This document shows, piece after piece, positions 51,087 through 64,000 of a stretch of 64,000 bases of DNA; position 1 is the stretch's first letter; each line of letters begins with the position of its first letter. Location: NCBI GenBank assembly GCA_050084985.1, contig JBITNC010000001.1, positions 129,394,001 through 129,458,000 on the forward strand. The letters run 5' to 3'. Both the position numbers and the translations under genes were made by a program. Source of the DNA: Nageia nagi. Taxonomy: Eukaryota > Plantae > Pinophyta. Under the pieces are notes generated by a model. It saw only the letters and a list, made by a program, of their open reading frames with translations, ran no database searches and was not told the origin of the DNA.

Positions 51087-54000
51087 ATGGATAAATAGGC
51101 TTAGAGATGAAAGGGGGTAATTTATTAGTAGAGGTAGAGATAATAAAAGTAGAGGTAGAGCACAACCAAAATCACCCAAGAAAAGTACCCCTAAGCTAGG
51201 ATCAAGTTCAAGCTCTCCTCAAGTTAGAATTGAGGAAGAAATTATTGTTGAACAAGTTATAGAAGCATTTGATGCTACGAACTTGGAGGAATCATTTGTC
51301 AAGAATATTTTGACTCCAAATTTTTTTGAAGAAGTTGGAAAAGATATTAAGAGAATTAGCAATTCTAGTACTCTAGAAGAATAATTTTTGGAAATAATTT
51401 TTATAAAATTGATAGTAAAAAAGGTAGTAATATTTTCAAAAATCACTTAACCTTTGCCTAAACATTTTTCTTAAAGTGATACTATTTCTAAATTAAAGAG
51501 AGAAATAGCCAAAAGGCCATTTCATATTTTCTATAGTTTATGATCCTTTACTTGAAATTTGAAAAATACCTTCATAACCCTTTGGTAATAATGTCAATAA
51601 GTAGTGCAACTAGAAGTGGAGTTCTATATGGCACTACACCATCTAGTAGAATTTTCACTTATCCGATTACAATTGAGTAAAATACTCTAGTACATAATCA
51701 ACCAATTGCCAATGAAAAATATTTCACCATATATTTTGCCTAACTTTAGGGGAATTTCTATTCAAGACCTAGATCAATTCATATTTGATTTCAAGCTACT
51801 TTGTATAACTTATGATTATGAAAGTAAAGCCCAAAAATTGAAGCTTTTTCTATCAACTATGCTTTGAAGGAAAATGCAATAAGATGGTTTATGGGATTGG
51901 TTACCAAAGTGAAGGATAAAAAATATGAATTATTTAGAATCAAATAGGGTGAAGAAGAAAGTTTGTAATATTACTTGGATAGATTTTTGTTTGTTCATAA
52001 AAGGGTTGGTACTAATGTTGACCAAGAATTTGCAAAAAATATCTTTTTGAGGGGTTTTATAAACTCTCCATTGGATGTCCTAAATGTAATGAGAAAAGCT
52101 AATATAAGTAGTTTACCTTTGGATGACATAGTGTAACTATGAAGAAACTATTCTAGGACAAAGACTTTTGCTAAAAACATTAAACCTCAAAAAAATTATT
52201 ATAATGCTATCAATGAATTAATTGATAAACTAGCACATTTTAAATTAGATATTCATGTAAAATTAAGTCTATTCAAAGGGAAAAAAAATAAGTCAAATAA
52301 AACAAGGGAATTTGAGGAATATTTAGTAGTATACTATCCAATATGTACAAAGAAACATGTATTGCATGAGTGTCCTCTTAATAATAATGAAATATGTAGC
52401 TTGTTCAATGAGAATCATGTAACTAATGAATATGGTTGTTTGACTATAGCTCGGATGTCTATAGCAAATGTGATAACAACTACAAATTCTATTGGTATAA
52501 GGATGGATTTTGGATTTCAAAATAGACCTCTTATGGAACCATGGTGGAATATTCCATTTCCATAATTTATGGTTTAATATTCTCCACCATGGATGCCACC
52601 TAATCTAAATTGGTTACAATATTCATGGAATCAATAATGGGGAGGACCATAATGGAATAACATGCAATAATCCAAATTGAATAATCAATAGTATAATTAA
52701 CCTAATAAACAAAGGAGATTTAAATATAATACCCAACAAGCCTTGTTACTAGGACCAATCCAACAATAATAATTTTAAAATCAACAAGTACCTAGAAAAC
52801 TAGCTCTTCCTACACAATTGATCCAGAATCTAAATAATAATAGGTAAATTGATGCACTTTCATATCATAAGGATCAAGAAGACACAACATTAATTAATTC
52901 TATTGAGTACCATAATATTTAGTTAATATTTGATAAGAAATTGAAAGAACCAACTCCACCTGTCATTGTTGAAATTCCTAATGATGATTCTAAAGAATCA
53001 TTACTAGTTGATCATCAAAATATGGAGGAGAATGGTCATAAACATGAAGAGAATCAAGTATAAAAATAAATTTAGGAACCTCCATATATAGATAGGCTAA
53101 AAAATAATTTTAAAAATGAAGAATTAGATTTACTTAAGAAATTGAGAAGGTTGAATATCTTAGTCTCGGTATTACAAGCAATCAAGGAAGTTCTTGAATT
53201 AAATAATATGGTTAAAGAAGTTTGTATCAAAAAAGGAGAAAGGAGAAAGAATGTATATCCTAAAACTATTTAGATAGATGGAAAATTAGCATACCTACTT
53301 TGAGGTAAGCTAATCAACCCTAAGGATGGTGATCTAGGAAGTCTAGTAATTATAGTTTTTGTTGGAATCACCAAGATACAAAATGTTTTAATTGACTTAT
53401 GCGAAGCCATAAATGTTATGAAAATAGAGATAGTAAAGAAATTGAAATTATCTAATATAAATCTAAATATAATTATCTTACAAATGGTAGATTAGTAAAT
53501 AGCTAAACTTGAGGGCATCATTTAAGATGTAGAAGTCATTATGGATTCATGGAATTATCCTACTAACTTTTTAGTCTTAAAAATAAAGCCACATAGTGGT
53601 TATCTAATAATCTTGGGAAGACCATGGTTAGCTACAACAATTAATTTTATAAACTATATATCAAGAGATATGACCATTTTATATGGTGATAAGTGCAAAA
53701 TACTTTCTTTATACCCTCCTATCCATCCTACATTTGAATATCAAGTTCAATTATGGATTGATGAAACAAAGTTTGATGAACCAAGAATTTTTGTAGTGCT
53801 CTCTACAATTACTATTAAAGAACATGTAGAAGAGTTGGAAGAAATACTTGAATTGTTTGAACAAAATATAGCATTAGAAATTATCACAAAGGTTGGTGAG
53901 TTGTAAGGATCAAATATTCAAGATGAAATATTCAATATACCATAGTAAGAACAACCAAAATTCTTGTCTTTATTTAAATATCCTCTTACACATATAATTC

Positions 54001-57000
54001 TAAGAGCATAGGCTTTTAGAGAAAGAATAAAGCTATTTCATTATTTGTTTCCTCATCCTTATTCTCTTAATTCTTTAATGCAGCCTCTAGACCAAAGCAA
54101 GTTAAGTCACCTAGTAGTGAAAATAATTGAAGTACTCCTAGAAAAGATTTTGAACATCAATAGTTGGTTGACATTCAAAGAACAAGAACAAGCATTTAAT
54201 GTTTTGAAATCTCACACTTTAGCATTTACATGGGATTATTCTAACATGAATGGAATTCATACATATATTGGTACCCAACATATATATACTAATGATAATA
54301 GACCTATTAGATAGCCACCTAGATGGGTAAATCCATATTTAAGAGATATTATGCAATAAGAAATTAAAAAATTATTAAAAATAGGATTCATATATCCTAT
54401 CTCAGATAGCAAGTGGGTTTCACCATTGGTAGTTATTCCCAAAAAAATGAAAAATGGAGAATATGTGTGGATTATAGATGTTTAAATAAAGCTACTCATA
54501 GGGATCATTTTTCTTTACCATTCATTGATCAAGTATTAAGCAATCTTACTGGTAAGAAATATTTCTTATTTCTTGATGGTTTCAATGGTTATAATTAAAT
54601 TCAAATTGCAATGTAAGAAAAGCAAGACAAGACTACATTTACATGTGCTTCTAGATATTTTTCTTATCAAGTTTTACAATTTGGATTATGTAATGCTCCT
54701 AAATTTTTTTAAAGAATTGTATTAGCCATTTTTATTGATTTAATTAATGATTATGTAGAAGTGTACATGGATGATTTCATAGAACATGGTGATACCTTTG
54801 AAGAAGCATTACATAATCCCAAAAAAGTGTTAGTTATGTGTGAAACATACAATCTATCATTAAGTTATGAAAAATATTTCATGCTCATGCAAAAAGGTAT
54901 TATTTTAAGAAACCACATTTCTATTGAAGGAATAAAAGTGGATCCAAAGAAGGTTGAGATTATCAAACAATTACAAACTCTAGAAAATCATATTGATGTT
55001 AAAAGTTTTCTTAGACATGTCATCTACTACAGGAGATTCATTTCAACTTTTAGCAAGATTATAGCTCCATTATTCTTATTACTCCATAAAGATAATGAAT
55101 TTAAATAGAAAATAGATTATGAAAAGGCATTTTAGATAATTAAAGAGAAACTCATGTCTACCCCTATGATGAGAAGTTTGAATTGGAAGCTACCTTTCCA
55201 CATTCATACTGATGCATCAAATTATGTTATTAAAGTAGTACTAGGCCAAGAAGATCAATACAAAATACATTATGCCATCTATTATATCAGCAAGAATTTA
55301 GTGGGAGCTAAACGTAATTACATTATTATAGAAAACATTTGGTAGTAGTACATGCCATTAACAAATTCAAACATTATATTACTAGTTGTCGAGTTTTTAT
55401 TGACACAAACCATGATGCTATCAGATATCTAATGAAAAAAACAATGGTAAGTGATAGAATTATAAGGTGGTTACTTTTATTATAAGAATTCAATGTCACT
55501 ATTGTTGATAAACTAGGCAAAGCTAATGTTGTAGCTAACTTCTTATCTAGACTGAGAAGAAATAGAGATGATGAACAAGTACAAGATGTTTTCCTAATGA
55601 AAGGTTATTTGCAATCTCTATACACACACCATGGTTTGTAGCTATAGATAATTACTTGGAAATAAGAAAAATTCTAGTTTATTTCTCTTTAAAACAAAAG
55701 AAACTTTTGATCAAAGAAAACTCAACATTTAAATGGATAGATGGAATGCTTTTTAAATGTGGATCTGAATATGTTCTTAGAAGATGCATTAGAAAAGATG
55801 AAATTTTTGATGTTTTAAGAGTTTATCATGATGAATCATTAGGAGGTAATTATTAAAAAAAGAGAAAAATCCATAATGTTTTGGAAGTTGGATATTATTG
55901 GCCTTCACTACATAAATATGTGAAGAAAATGTACATCAATATGATCAATGTCAAAGAATGGTAAACCCACATTCACTATATAGATGCCATTACATCCATA
56001 AGTTCTTCTAGAACCTTTTGAATAATGAGGAATTGAATTCATTGCACCTATCAACCCAACATCTCAAGGTAAAAAGCACATTCTTATTTGCACAAATTAT
56101 ACCATAAAATAGGTAGAGGTATGTGCTCTTGCACAAGCGAAAGAAGAAAAAGTAGTTGATTTTCTATGCAATAATATTATTATGAAATTTGGAGTTCTCA
56201 GATTCTCAGTATCAAATCAAGGACCATAGTTCATGTCTAATGTAATTAGGTATTTTATAAATCATTATAATATTAAACATAAGAAAGCTTCACCATATAA
56301 TCCTCAAACAAGTGATAAAGTTGAGATGACTAATACAAAATTGGAAAATATTCTTACAAAAATTTTAGTATCTCATAAGAAAGATATGGAAACTAGACTT
56401 CTTGAAGTAGTTTGGGTGTACAATATCACATAGAAATCAACTATAGAATTTACACCTTATGAGCTAGTGTATGGAAAGAAACCTCTTTTACCAATAGAAT
56501 TTGAGATCTAAACTCTTAGAATAACTATGAAAATTGGGTTAGATCTTACTGAAATCCAATAAAATATGTTGTTATAGCTGAATGAGTTGGATGAGAATAG
56601 AATTGAAGCATTACAAAATATATAAATTATTCAATAGCAAAGAAAAACATGGTATAATAAACAATTGAAACATATGGAATTCACTCCAAGAATGTGGGTC
56701 TTATCGTTTGATTCTAAGTATCATACTTTCTTATGGAAACTATAGACTAGATGGCTGGGACCATATCAAATTCTATGAGTCTTTGATAATGGTACAATTT
56801 AACTTCAACCCATTGACAACTCTAACAGAGTCATGTTGGTAAATAGGCATTGACTACGAGCTTACACTTTGTCCATAAATAAAGAATAATTCACCAAATA
56901 GCTAGAAAAAGAAGAACTATATTTAAATGAGGAAGAATTATCTTCCTTAACTAAACAACCTTTATCCATAATAGTGCAAAAGAATAAAACTAATTTTGGA

Positions 57001-57100
57001 AATAAAATCAATACAAATTTTGAATTAACTAGTCATGAAGGTAGTTGGATAGATGAAAACCAAGAAACTAGTGTATATCAAGGTGAAAACCTTAATTTCT
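51087..57100 (+). pseudogene. gag-pol of element D
   Basis: gag (AQKLKLF; NAIRWFMGL); protease (VLIDL..AINV; IILGRPWLAT); RT (WRICVDYRCLNKATHRDHFSLPFIDQ; VYMDDF); RH (FHIHTDASNY); INT (SPYNPQTSDKVE). Confidence 0.92.
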
Positions 57101-57779
57101 AACATTCATTATCTATTTCTAAAAAAACAATCTTCCATATTATGAATATTAGTTGAATATTCTAATGAATTTTAAGTATATATCACTAGTTTTAATATTT
57201 TACCATTACTTCAAAATAAATGTGTCTTTTTGAAATGATTATTATAAAGGAAAATGATATCCACTTATAGCTTTAGAATTGTAACTACAAATTCATCAAA
57301 GGCTAAAACTAGCTTTAGAAATAAAACTTGAAAATGCTCAACACTTCAAAGGGACCTATACAAAATGCCAAGGAAGAATGTGTCATCCATGCTAGCTAAA
57401 GAAGTAGATGTATTGCTAATAAACACTGACCTCATATCATGTCAATAAATAATCATGTGAAATCCAATAGACTAGCACTTGCAAGATGTGCATTTAATAA
57501 TGGAGGTATGTGTATATTTTTAAATTCATAGTTAATTTAAATATAAATCTAACTTTAGTAGTCTACAAGTGCTCCAAGTAAAAATTATTTGATTATAGAT
57601 TAAGGTGTATCACATGGAAAGGATAGATGTCAAAATATGAACAATGAATAAACATATCATACATGAGTACCCAATCTAACATTAGATCATGCAAGTTGGT
57701 GAAAGGATGACAATAGTATGTAATTAATGAATGTAGTGATTTATGCCTACCAAAAATATTTATCGACTTTCATTTGAAA

Positions 57780-60640
57780 AAAAAAAAAACACCTCAAAAG
57801 GAATTCAAGGTAGGATCTGTAATTTTTAGGAAAAAACATGAGGGTAAAGAAAAAGCAAGAACTAGAGAACATAGTGGAATTAAGGAAAGATAGAAGGGTC
57901 GTTTGAGTTTTTTTTAGAAATTTCATCTTTTGGAATTATTTGAAAAGTCCCAAGGATTTAATGAGCATTTGGTTTCTAATTTTGTTGACAACTTTGAAGA
58001 AAATTATGTAGAGTTGTGGGGTTCAACAATACCCATTACTATTCAAACTATTGCTATAATGTCTGGATTCCTTGCAGAAGTTGGATATTTGATTATAATA
58101 GAGAAGTATGATATTCTACTTGATATATTACATTAAAGAGGAGAATATAATGATGAGAAATATATCACATCCATGCCTGTACATGGGATAAAGAGAAAGA
58201 GTCTTCCAGACTAATGGACGAAGATGGCATTATGGATTGTTAAATTCATCACCTATGAGGGATAGAATGGAACAATAATGGGCCATCACCTAAAATTGTT
58301 GACTAATTTAATCACCTAAAATTGTTGACTAATTTAAGGTATGGGTCGGAACTAAACTATAATATTCTAAAGTTTTTATATCAAAGTCTACATAATATGT
58401 CTAGGAGGGTTATGGCTAATACAAGAAATAAAATCATAGCCCTAAAACACCATAGTTTAATTATTATGTTGTGTAAAGATTACTTCTTAGACCAAACTAA
58501 TAGTCAAGAGTTATGGGTAAGTTTTTTAGGGTATGATCTATCTTCTACATTAAGAACCTCAACCATGTAGGAGGAACCTTTAGAAATCCCTAGTGAAATT
58601 GAATCTAGACCAAATATAGAGATTCATCCGACATGCACATACATATCCAAATTTGTAGTAGGGTCAACTAGTACCAACCAAGATGAATTACTCGAGGATA
58701 ATTCCAATTATTCAAAAAAGCATGATACCAAAGAAGAAAATAGAGAGTCACCTAAATCTTCAGAACAATTATAGCATAAAGAGGTTATTTCTAAAGATCC
58801 TTTAACATCCCATTCAACCCTTATTCACAAAAGTGAGAAGAGAAAGTCTAAAAAAGGAAAGGAGCCAAAGGTTGAAAAGGTGATAAATTTGAGTGATGAG
58901 GATAAGCTAACATTTTCCATTGTATTTAGGAGGAGATCTACATGGTTAAGGGAGAAAGAAGTGGCCCAAACATCAACTCCTCTAATTAAAAAATATTGTA
59001 GAAAGGAAACTCCAAAAGAAAAGGATTATGGTTATTTTATAGCATTTGAAAGCCCTAAACAATTGGTAATCTTAGAAGAAGAGAAAGATGAAGAACCCAA
59101 CAATCAAAATGCAGATATAGAATAGTTTTATGTACAATAAGAAGAAACTATTATCCAATAACCACATAATAAAATAGAAACAAAATCTATCTAAATGGTT
59201 ATAGATACAATTAAACAAATGTTAAAAGGACTTGAGATACTAATTCATAAACTCATATCTAAAATTCATATTTTGGAAGAGGAAAATGCAAAAATAAATG
59301 CTGAGAAGAGTAAATTGGACATTGAAAATTATTAGTAAGAAAATGCACATAATGAACCTTGAGAAATTTATAACTTAAGGATAAACAAAAAACAACTATA
59401 GAATTGAAATTTCAACTTTAGAATGTGAAGTTAGGTCACCCAGTTATAGGAGAGGAGGATATTGTTATTCAATAATTATCAAAGGCACTTGAAGAACAAC
59501 AAAAAAAAAAAGATTAAAAGTTTAAAGCTTCATAATAGAGAGCTTATGACATAGTTGGAAAACAAACATAAGGAACATTATGAAGAGATCAAAATACTTA
59601 GAAAAGACATTCATGATGTGCATTTAATTGAGAAATCTATAATAGATGTTTGTGATATATTCAAATAAGTTGTATAGCTGAAACAATCTTTAGTTTTATC
59701 TAGCATGTACTTAAAAGTATAGTTTCTCATATGGTATTTTAGGATAATTAAGCAGGATCTTCCATACAATGTTGATGATGATAAGTTATTTCTTTTTTTT
59801 TATTTTGAAGCAAGCAGAGAAGGAAAAATTTTGTTGTGTGAATTTTACATGTATAATTTCATTTTGAATGGAAATACAAGTTTTTTTCCTTATTTGTGTA
59901 TTAGGGACATTCACTTAAAAGATTTTGTATCAGTCCTTCTAAATTAGATCAAGTGGGACAAAGAATGGAAGAATATAGATCAAAATCATCTCAAGATACT
60001 TTCTTTGTTAGATAACAACCCATGTATTTAGCAATAGAAGAAGCTAGCTTTAGAATAGTCCTTAACAAAAATAATAATACAAAGAGTTATAAAGTTATGC
60101 TTTAGATTTGTTTACATGAATTTCAAGGTGGTATTGACACAAATTTTAAAATGGATTTACAAGCATGTATAATGAGATGTAATATGTAGACACAAGTGCA
60201 TAAGGATATGGAGACAATCAATCTGAGGAATCTAAACTATAGAAGAAAGAGAGCCAAAGCATTGAATAGGTACATTAAGGATAATAATCTAAATTAGTGT
60301 GTCCAATGTTATAGACCTCCTATAATTTTGCATCCAACATTGGTATTGTTATATTTTCATATTCAATATTATTTAGGTTTCAAAACATGTATGTTGGAGA
60401 TAAAAAATACTAGAGGACTATTGTATCCATAGGATAAACTTGATTGGTTTATTAAGAATGTAAAGTTTCTTATAGGTATGAGCTAACACATACATGATAC
60501 AATACAACCCTATGACTTGAAGTTGATTAAATTTTCCAATGATCCTAATAATGTAGTATATACAACGAGAATGAGGAGGAATATGAATAGATGGTCCAAT
60601 CATAGATAAATTTTTGATTACTCCAAGAGTAGCAATATTC
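57780..60640 (+). pseudogene. Second (env-position) ORF of element D, decayed
   Basis: Collinear ORF fragments 57930-58136, 58322-58570 and 58880-59125 between INT and PPT; acidic/basic middle part and a coiled-coil-like region at ~59200-59620. Confidence 0.7.
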
Positions 60641-60654
60641 TAAGTTGGGGAGAA

Positions 60655-61775
60655 TGATGAGGAGAGAAATGAAATCCTTTTTTTCATAATTGTGTGAATG
60701 TATTTTATCACTTGGAACACTATGTAAAAAGATTATTATGTTTTAACTTGTATAAATATTATATTTATAAGTGGATACATATTTTATTTTATCTCCATTA
60801 ATTAAATGTTGTTAGTAATTATTATTTTATTTGAATTTTTAATGTTCATGTTTTGAATTAAGTAATAATGTGGTCTAAGTGAGAAACAACTTTAGAATTA
60901 GTTCTATATGGACAAACTTTAAAGATAGCTTCAAATTGCTTAAACTCTAGAATTAACTAAGAATTGATCAAATTTAGAATGTGTTTGAGAAGGAAAACTT
61001 TAGAATCTCCAATAGGAAGCTTCAAAAATAGAACATAGTAGCATTAAAGTGTTTTGTTTCCTAGGTTTCATTCTATATATATCTTCCACAAATCTAGTAG
61101 AAGATTGCAATGGATTTTAGGATTATGTTCTAAAAGGATAACCAATGAACCTAAAAAAAGTGGAAAAAAGGAATGTACAAAGCCAAATATAAGATAAACT
61201 CAAGGTTGACTAAGTCTAAAGATTTGTTAGCAAGTTCGATTCTCAATATTCTTTCTATACATATCTAAATGAGTCATAGGTTAAATTAGGATTCTATTTA
61301 AAATAAACCTATGAGTCATAGGAATGTAAGCAATTAGCATATAAGATTTTGTTAGAGTTTTGACAATAAATTAGCCTTCTTATTTCAAAAGAAAGCTAGC
61401 TAGCTACCATTACGACTTGTAAAACTCTAAAGTTTATGTGAAGATTGTATTTCCCAATTTTTAAAGAAGTTAAGTATCTTTCATCATACATTTTTGAAGT
61501 TTTATTCATGATCGTTGTTGGAAGGAGGAGGTCCCACTCTAACCAACTATAGTATATAATATTTAATATTTTAATTTTAGTATTTTACATTCTGTACTAC
61601 AACATTCATTTAAATTTTTTGTGTATGTGTGATTAATCAAGGAAAGTTTAGTTTGTTTCTAATAGTAGTTACTAATTCATTAGATCCATAGTATTTAGAA
61701 TGGAGTATCAACTACATATAGCCTTTGGATACCAACCCTAGATATGATAAACTAAATGATGTATTGAAACCATCA
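60655..61775 (+). repeat. 3' LTR of element D
   Basis: Follows the PPT; ends CATCA followed by TSD TATAC. Confidence 0.92.
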
Positions 61776-63875
61776 TATACTTTTAAAAAGTACTTTACCC
61801 CATATAAGTATTCTATCAAATCATCTATACAAGGAATACGATATCTATGCTTAATAGTAATCTTATTTAATTCTCTATAGTTGGTACATGTCTTCCATTC
61901 TTCTTCTTTATTTTGTCTCAACATAATAGGTATTATGCATAGGATTAATCTCTCCTATATTACTCTTTTCTCAAGTAGGTCTTAGACTTTCCTATTCAAC
62001 TCAATAGTCATATTTGGATCTATAAGGAATGGTGCTTTATTTGGAAAGCTTGCTCTAGGGATTAAATTATTTTGATGTGAAAATTTTCACACAAGTAGTA
62101 ATCCATTTTGTAGCTCATTTGATACTATATTTGCATATCCTCTTAAGATTCCCTTCACCATTATTTGAACCTATTCTACTTTATGTTAATCTCTAGGAAT
62201 AATAGCATAATATAAAATGGATTCCTTTACTTGTAAAAGGATGATCAAATGTATTGAGATTCATATTTTCTACCATTTATTCAGAAACTAAGTTATCATA
62301 ACTACATCTATTCATAAAAATCTAGTATACCTTACCTCTAGAGGAAAATCTAGTTCAGAAAATACTTCTCCTTTGTCAAGGCTCTTCAATCTTTTTTATA
62401 ACTAATAGAATCCTTCTAACCATAAACTACTCTTCATCATTGGAAAAGTTTTCTTGTGAAGCATATTCTTTATATTTTCCTTTCACCTTTGACCAAATGT
62501 GCTCAATTTTTCATACAATTTTTACTTTTGATGATTCCTCACATTTATATGCTTTGTGACCTTCTACTCCATTATTACTATATAAGCTAAATAATGAATT
62601 GCAATGAAAAAAAACTATTTTTTCTACAATATACATACTAATGTATGAATGAGAATAATTGTATAATTGTAATGTGATTGAATTCTTTTCTTTGCTAGAT
62701 ATGAGGAATTGGGTCATGAATATATTCATCACCTAGATCCCATATGATATGACTCCAAAATAATGGCATCCATGCTATAGAATCAGCCTTTGCATGACAC
62801 TAATATTTTTAGGAAAATGAGATCTAAAGATGAAATTAAAAAGCGTGAAGCATGATGAAGAGTGGATAATAGATCCTTAGATAGGTTATATTACAAAATA
62901 CAATTATTTCTCATATGATGTGATGCTCATAAGTCAACCTATCTAATATAAAATTATCTAGTAGGGAATTCTTTTCTTTTGATATTCTTTCATAGCAATG
63001 TCTTGATCCTTTACATTTCTTGATATTTGCATGTATTACATATATTGAGGTGTATTTCTTGATATTTACATAAATTATATTGATTAAAATATTCTTTTTG
63101 ACCTTTTTCAGTACTTTTACATCTTTTATACCTAAAATATGATTTTTTTATTTTATTAATAATTATATTTTGTTGTATACATTTTTCCTCTCTTTGGAGG
63201 TATAATGGAAAGAAGTGGAGTTACATATCTAAAGTAGAATAAGATAAATAATTTTTTTGAAAACTTTGAACTCTTGTATAATAGCATAAACCTTTAGTGA
63301 AGCTACTTCATTTCCCCCTCTTAGCTTGATTACCCTAGGAAATCTCCATGGACGGGGTGCTAAAGTCAAAATGTTTTGAGAAATCAGCATTCTTGTCTCA
63401 TATGATGAGGAGGAATGAAATGGAGGCTCCATTGTGTCTAATACTAGGGATTATAGTGATTATGAGTGTTATGTAATTCATACAATGATTCTAGTATTTC
63501 TAAGGGTTCTTTGGATGAATAATGAATGACATCAACACTTTGACTATAATGCTTCCGATGGTATGGATGATGTGAGTCTTTTAGTACTTCCTATTGGTCA
63601 TCATATTTGGAATCCTTTAAGGATGGTCTAGAACCTATGAGTATGAATACATGGTGAGGTGCATCATCCATTAAGTATGAATCAATGTTAAAATCCCCAC
63701 TAACTTTTGTATCATTAGTTTTCATTTAAGTGAGTGAACTTTCACTAATCGTATTGATGGCCACTGATGACCTAATACTTTATGTCCATGTTTCATAAAC
63801 ATTATGCTTTATGGTTATAATGATAACCATTTTTTCCCTATTTTTCCCAACAAGCTAATTTGCATAAATAAGATT

Positions 63876-63935
63876 CCTCTTTTCTCTCTCTCTCTCTCTC
63901 TTCTCTCCTCTCTCTCTCTCTCTCTCTCTTCTCTC

Positions 63936-63975
<40 letters not shown>

Positions 63976-64000
63976 CCCTCTCTCTCCTCTCCTCCTCTCT
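63876..64000. repeat. Imperfect (CT)n microsatellite running off the window
   Basis: Direct reading. Confidence 0.95.

Larger units (their letters stand above)
49530..61775 (+). mobile_element. Full-length Athila-lineage Ty3/gypsy element 'D' (12.2 kb)
   Basis: LTRs at 49530-50648 and 60655-61775 (TGATG...CATCA). TSD TATAC. Degenerate tRNA-Asp-type PBS (tattgttactgggga, ~50656-50670). PPT aagttggggagaa. Confidence 0.93.
45528..62620 (-). mobile_element. Chromovirus/CRM-like Ty3/gypsy element 'C', decayed and split by a solo LTR and element D
   Basis: Zn-knuckle remnant (GHKAYKC, ~62550). RT WKTCTNYRELNKITIKHRYRIP (61712-61924) joins IKSAYQGDEWK..LTNTPSTFMRMM (49347-49529). Integrase GLPTTQRGND..FSNMAYFIPC (48041-48298) and IGPYKI..FNVA (~46200-46290). 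Probable 3' LTR starts at ~45947. Both ends are uncertain. Confidence 0.75.

Overview
AT-rich, strongly CpG/CHG-depleted plant genomic DNA, probably a large heavily methylated genome (gymnosperm-like is only a guess). It consists almost entirely of old nested transposable elements, and I found no intact host gene, RNA gene or CRISPR array. In order: (1) Tat/Ogre-type Ty3/gypsy element A (+, 1-17017; 5' end outside the window). (2) A Ty1/copia RT-RNaseH remnant interrupted by a 968-bp PIF/Harbinger-like MITE. (3) An orphan LTR plus PBS. (4) A second copia remnant. (5) A LINE RT fragment. (6) A diverged relative of A, element B (-, 24368-~45527), whose RNase H is interrupted by a non-autonomous LTR-internal-LTR-internal-LTR tandem element (TSD ATAGC). 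(7) A chromovirus/CRM-like gypsy C (-), interrupted by a solo LTR (TSD TTCAT) and by a full-length Athila-like element D (49530-61775, TSD TATAC). The most interesting feature is a three-gene accessory cassette shared by A and B between pol and the 3' LTR. It comprises two sense ORFs of unrecognised family (ORF2 ~500 codons, ORF3 ~240 codons) and an antisense, intron-containing plant-mobile-domain (PMD) gene whose 17-codon first exon and phase-0 GT-AG intron are conserved in both copies. All ORFs are now decayed by stops and frameshifts. TSD-supported boundaries are exact; others are approximate, and all alignments were made by eye.
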